Below, in pieces: positions 24,990 to 27,296 of a stretch of DNA of 27,296 bases. The first letter of the stretch is position 1. Each line of letters begins with the position of its first letter. Position numbers and translations under genes: made by a program. This DNA is from a virus (taxonomy: Duplodnaviria > Caudoviricetes), in IMG/VR virus record IMGVR_UViG_3300014775_000324, positions 1 to 27,296 of that record. One strand, given 5' to 3'. The notes under the pieces are model-generated. The model made no database searches, was not told the origin of the DNA, and saw only the letters and a list, made by a program, of their open reading frames with translations.

Positions 24990-25505
24990 CTACAATTTAG
25001 CAAGTTCATCCCATACTTCTTTTTTAGCGTTGTAATGGCTTTTAACTGTACTTAAAGATGTACCTGCTTTTATTTTATCTTTAATTGTATTAAATAAAGG
25101 TGTATTTTTATTTAAAAAAGGTTTTTGTGTTGTTACACCACTTGCTGTATTACCGTCGTCATCTTCCGCTTGTAAACCAAGTAATGATGTTAAAGTACCT
25201 CTTCTAAAATATGTAATACAAGCTAATTTTTTTTGAGGATCTGTAATTGATTCAGGTATTTTTAGCCAAGCCATATCGCTTGTTTCTGATTCTATACATT
25301 TTAAAATAGTAAATACTTTTCTTCCTCTTGTAGGCTGTGATAACAATATTTTGTGTTTTTCTAATAAAGGATTAAGTTGTTTAATTAAAGAGTTAATATC
25401 AAAATACTTTGAATTATAAAAAGGATTTTTTGCATCTTTACTAATTGCTCCTATTTCTTGTTGTAATAAAAACATTTTCTTGTGGATATTTGTTTCTTTG
25501 CTCAT
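24990..25505 (-). CDS. erf: ERF-family single-strand annealing recombinase
   Basis: KDAKNPFYNSKY, ITYFRR.TL.SLLGL and EDDDGN motifs. Confidence 0.85.
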   Translation of the reverse strand: MSKETNIHKKMFLLQQEIGAISKDAKNPFYNSKYFDINSLIKQLNPLLEKHKILLSQPTRGRKVFTILKCIESETSDMAWLKIPESITDPQKKLACITYFRRGTLTSLLGLQAEDDDGNTASGVTTQKPFLNKNTPLFNTIKDKIKAGTSLSTVKSHYNAKKEVWDELAKL

Positions 25506-25624
25506 TGTTTTAAATTTGAAATTAATTGTTGTTTTGCTTGTTCAAGCATTTCATTTTTCTTTTTTAATTCATATTGCAGCTCTTGTACCTTGCCATAGAG
25601 TTCTGCTTTTGTAAATTGTTCCAT
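25502..25624 (-). CDS. Small coiled-coil protein (40 aa)
   Basis: Not in ORF track. MEQFTKAELYGKVQELQYELKKENEMLEQAKQQLISNLKQ, ATGA-coupled to erf. Confidence 0.6.
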   Translation of the reverse strand: MEQFTKAELYGKVQELQYELKKKNEMLEQAKQQLISNLKQ

Positions 25625-25627
25625 ATC

Positions 25628-25636
25628 GTAAATATA
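25628..25636 (-). promoter_or_regulatory. Putative early promoter -7 box TATATTTAC
   Basis: Intergenic, just downstream of a terminator, 3 nt from ATG 25624. Confidence 0.45.
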
Positions 25637-25651
25637 TAAAAAAATTTTAAT

Positions 25652-25686
25652 AAAAAAAAAGAGGCAAGAAATTAATCTCACCCCCT
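25652..25686 (-). terminator. Rho-independent terminator after ninG
   Basis: GGGGGTGAGA-TTAATT-TCTTGCCTCT stem (G-U rich) followed by a long T-run. Confidence 0.65.
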
Positions 25687-25714
25687 TCTAACAAAGAACA
25701 ATATACAAGAATTA

Positions 25715-26107
25715 TCAAGTAAGCTTTTTCACTCTTTCATTGTAATCAGAAATCATTTCTTCTAACTCGATATTGGTAAATTTACGCAGTTCACGACTTT
25801 CTTCTAGTAATGTTTTAGATAAGTTATTACCAAGATATAAACTATATTTATATTGTTCACCTGCTCTATAAACGTTACAAGCCACACATTGAGGTTTTAC
25901 ATTACGCTCGTCCCAACGTATAGAGTAGTGTTTTCTACTCATAAAATGTCCTGCTTGTATTTCTTTCCAATGGAATTTCTTATTGCAAGTAACACAAGTA
26001 CAATATCCATTGTTGTCCGCATTGATTAATCTTATATACTGACTAAATACTACATCTAACTTTTTTACAAGTTTACTCCGTGTAGGTTTTTTAGCAGTTC
26101 TTGGCAT
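25715..26107 (-). CDS. ninG: NinG/Rap family recombination endonuclease
   Basis: LDVVFSQYIR, CVTC, AGHFMSR, RWDERN and QCVACN motifs. Confidence 0.88.
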   Translation of the reverse strand: MPRTAKKPTRSKLVKKLDVVFSQYIRLINADNNGYCTCVTCNKKFHWKEIQAGHFMSRKHYSIRWDERNVKPQCVACNVYRAGEQYKYSLYLGNNLSKTLLEESRELRKFTNIELEEMISDYNERVKKLT

Positions 26108-26116
26108 AGTTTTTTT

Positions 26117-26359
26117 TTAAGCATCCATATGGTTTAGAAGTAAATTACCATCGGTTTCATTAAAACCTTTTATTAATTTATATAAATGCTTACTATCTGA
26201 TTTAACTTTTTTCTTTTCTGTTTTAGTAGAATCTATTCCAAGATTTTGATACTGTATAGCATCCATTTCTAAAATAGCATCTGTTCTTTCTTTTACAGAT
26301 AATTGAAAATCTTTAGCAATTTTCTCTGCTAATCTTCTAATAGTTAAATCTTCAGTCAT
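26117..26359 (-). CDS. Hypothetical protein (80 aa)
   Basis: ORF track, first gene after a promoter-like box. Confidence 0.75.
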   Translation of the reverse strand: MTEDLTIRRLAEKIAKDFQLSVKERTDAILEMDAIQYQNLGIDSTKTEKKKVKSDSKHLYKLIKGFNETDGNLLLNHMDA

Positions 26360-26408
26360 TTTATATATATATTAAAGTTAGTAATTAATTACATTCCCAC
26401 TAACCCAC

Positions 26409-26416
26409 CAAATTTA
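26409..26416 (-). promoter_or_regulatory. Bacteroidota sigma-A -7 box TAAATTTG
   Basis: Exact TAnnTTTG match in the intergenic gap between lysis and replication modules. Confidence 0.55.
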
Positions 26417-26467
26417 CACGCTTTTTTTTTAAGATGTAAACTTTTTTAAAGGTAAGTTATTAACTTT

Positions 26468-26848
26468 TTATTTAACCTTGTCTTTTAACTTCTCGTAAGT
26501 CCTTAAACCACCGAGTCCTAACATACCCAAAAGAACAGTCATTAAATGTTCCATTTGTAAGGCAGGAGGAACTGTTTCAGGTTTAATAGCCCAAATAAAC
26601 AAATCCCTAATTACAAAGTTATATGCTAATGCTACTCCACAAACCCAACCTATAAAAGGTCTCCACCCTGCTACAAATACTGTGCGGTGTTGTGCTTCTA
26701 TTTCGTTAATTCTTGTTTGTATTTCTAATAGCTGATTAGGGTCAAGTTCTTTGCCTTTTATGGCTTCCCTAATTTCCCAAGCTAAATTACCTGCTACTGA
26801 CTTTCTTGCATTACCGCCTTTTAAAAGCCCTAATAATAATTTCCACAT
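26468..26848 (-). CDS. Holin, 3TM/GTA family (DUF3154)
   Basis: FVAGWRPFIGWVCG and LLGMLGLGGLRTYEK signature. Confidence 0.88.
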   Translation of the reverse strand: MWKLLLGLLKGGNARKSVAGNLAWEIREAIKGKELDPNQLLEIQTRINEIEAQHRTVFVAGWRPFIGWVCGVALAYNFVIRDLFIWAIKPETVPPALQMEHLMTVLLGMLGLGGLRTYEKLKDKVK

Positions 26849-27012
26849 TATTCGTTCAGCATTTTATTATACAGTATTTGTGCTAATCTAACTTCGTGTT
26901 TATTGTCTTTGCAGATGTCTTTTGTTAATTCTCTGTATTCAGCTATCTTTTGCTTTCTTGCACTTGCACAACTTAACATCGTTGCAGCAAGTAATATTAT
27001 TATTATTCTCAT
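26848..27012 (-). CDS. Small lipoprotein (54 aa), candidate spanin-like component
   Basis: Not in ORF track. MRIIIILLAATMLSC-ASARKQK... has a signal peptide II with Cys15, and its stop is TAATG-coupled to the holin. Confidence 0.7.
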   Translation of the reverse strand: MRIIIILLAATMLSCASARKQKIAEYRELTKDICKDNKHEVRLAQILYNKMLNE

Positions 27013-27127
27013 AGCGTTTGTTTGTTTGTTGGAGGATTGCCTCCGTTAGTTTGTCGATACTTTTGCGTATCTCTTTTAATTCGTTGCGAAGTCCGTTTGA
27101 CTTTACACTAATCGTATCTTTACTCAT
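26939..27127 (-). CDS. Hypothetical coiled-coil protein (62 aa)
   Basis: ORF track. The 3' 74 nt overlap the lipoprotein gene in another frame. Confidence 0.6.
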   Translation of the reverse strand: MSKDTISVKSNGLRNELKEIRKSIDKLTEAILQQTNKRYENNNNITCCNDVKLCKCKKAKDS

Positions 27128-27213
27128 TTCTTTTTAGCAGGTTTGTTTCTACCGTTTTTTTGCGCTCTTGTACAATGACTGTACTTACCTCTACGATTTA
27201 ATGCTTTACCCAT
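27124..27213 (-). CDS. Small basic peptide (29 aa)
   Basis: MGKALNRRGKYSHCTRAQKNGRNKPAKKK, ATGA-coupled to the next ORF. Confidence 0.45.
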   Translation of the reverse strand: MGKALNRRGKYSHCTRAQKNGRNKPAKKK

Positions 27214-27231
27214 AGCGTACTTCCTACAGTA

Positions 27232-27296
27232 TTAGTATGTCCATACAGAGTTTGGCTTTGAATCATCGGTATCACAATGGATAAAGGTTTTTGCAA
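27232..27296 (-). CDS. Endolysin, peptidase M15 family (C-terminal fragment)
   Basis: AKTFIHCDTDDSKPNSVWTY* has the FIHxD Zn-ligand motif and terminal WxY of M15_3 peptidases, near the holin. Confidence 0.7.
   Translation of the reverse strand, partial: AKTFIHCDTDDSKPNSVWTY

Larger units (their letters stand above)
1..27296 (-). mobile_element. Tailed dsDNA bacteriophage genome segment (siphovirus-like, probable Bacteroidota host)
   Basis: Terminase, portal, capsid, tape measure, holin/endolysin and replication genes, all co-oriented with ATGA/TAATG overlaps. No host genes or integrase in the window. Confidence 0.95.

Noticed and set aside
26939-27010. Cys-rich tail (TCC..LCKC) of the 62-aa ORF as a metal-binding motif
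   Set aside because: Better explained as the alternate-frame reading of the overlapping lipoprotein signal peptide.
1-27296. CRISPR array, tRNA/rRNA, integrase/att site, intron or intein
   Set aside because: No regularly spaced repeats or long intergenic gaps were seen, terL, helicase and thyA are uninterrupted and of normal size, and no recombinase of integrase type is present.

Overview
The whole 27.3-kb window is a segment of a tailed dsDNA phage genome (siphovirus-like, probably infecting Bacteroidota/Flavobacteria: DUF3127 SSB, a TAnnTTTG promoter box, no Shine-Dalgarno signals seen). All credible genes are on the minus strand and tightly packed. In transcription order (right to left): lysis cassette (M15 endolysin C-terminus, small ORFs, an uncalled lipoprotein, 3TM holin); recombination/replication (NinG, ERF, SSB, DnaB-like helicase, ECF-like sigma factor); small ORFs with a 176-bp tandem duplication; a nucleotide-metabolism cassette (DUF6378-like, thymidylate-synthase homolog, MazG); RecE-like exonuclease, DnaA-C HTH; terminase; a small-ORF island; tail genes with a -1 frameshift chaperone; then head genes, tail tube, portal, adaptor and a truncated gp9/gp10-like fibre. 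Main highlights: (1) the ThyA homolog has Asp at the Asn177 specificity position, predicting dCMP methylation and, with flanking NTP pyrophosphohydrolases, a possible cytosine-modification system; (2) by eye, GATC, CCAG/CTGG and CTAG are absent from the 15.9-kb virion module but reappear in the block carrying that cassette; (3) a fixed-spacing late promoter TAACAAA-N14-ATTGTA, often 5-6 nt from the ATG. Family calls come from motif recognition without database searches.
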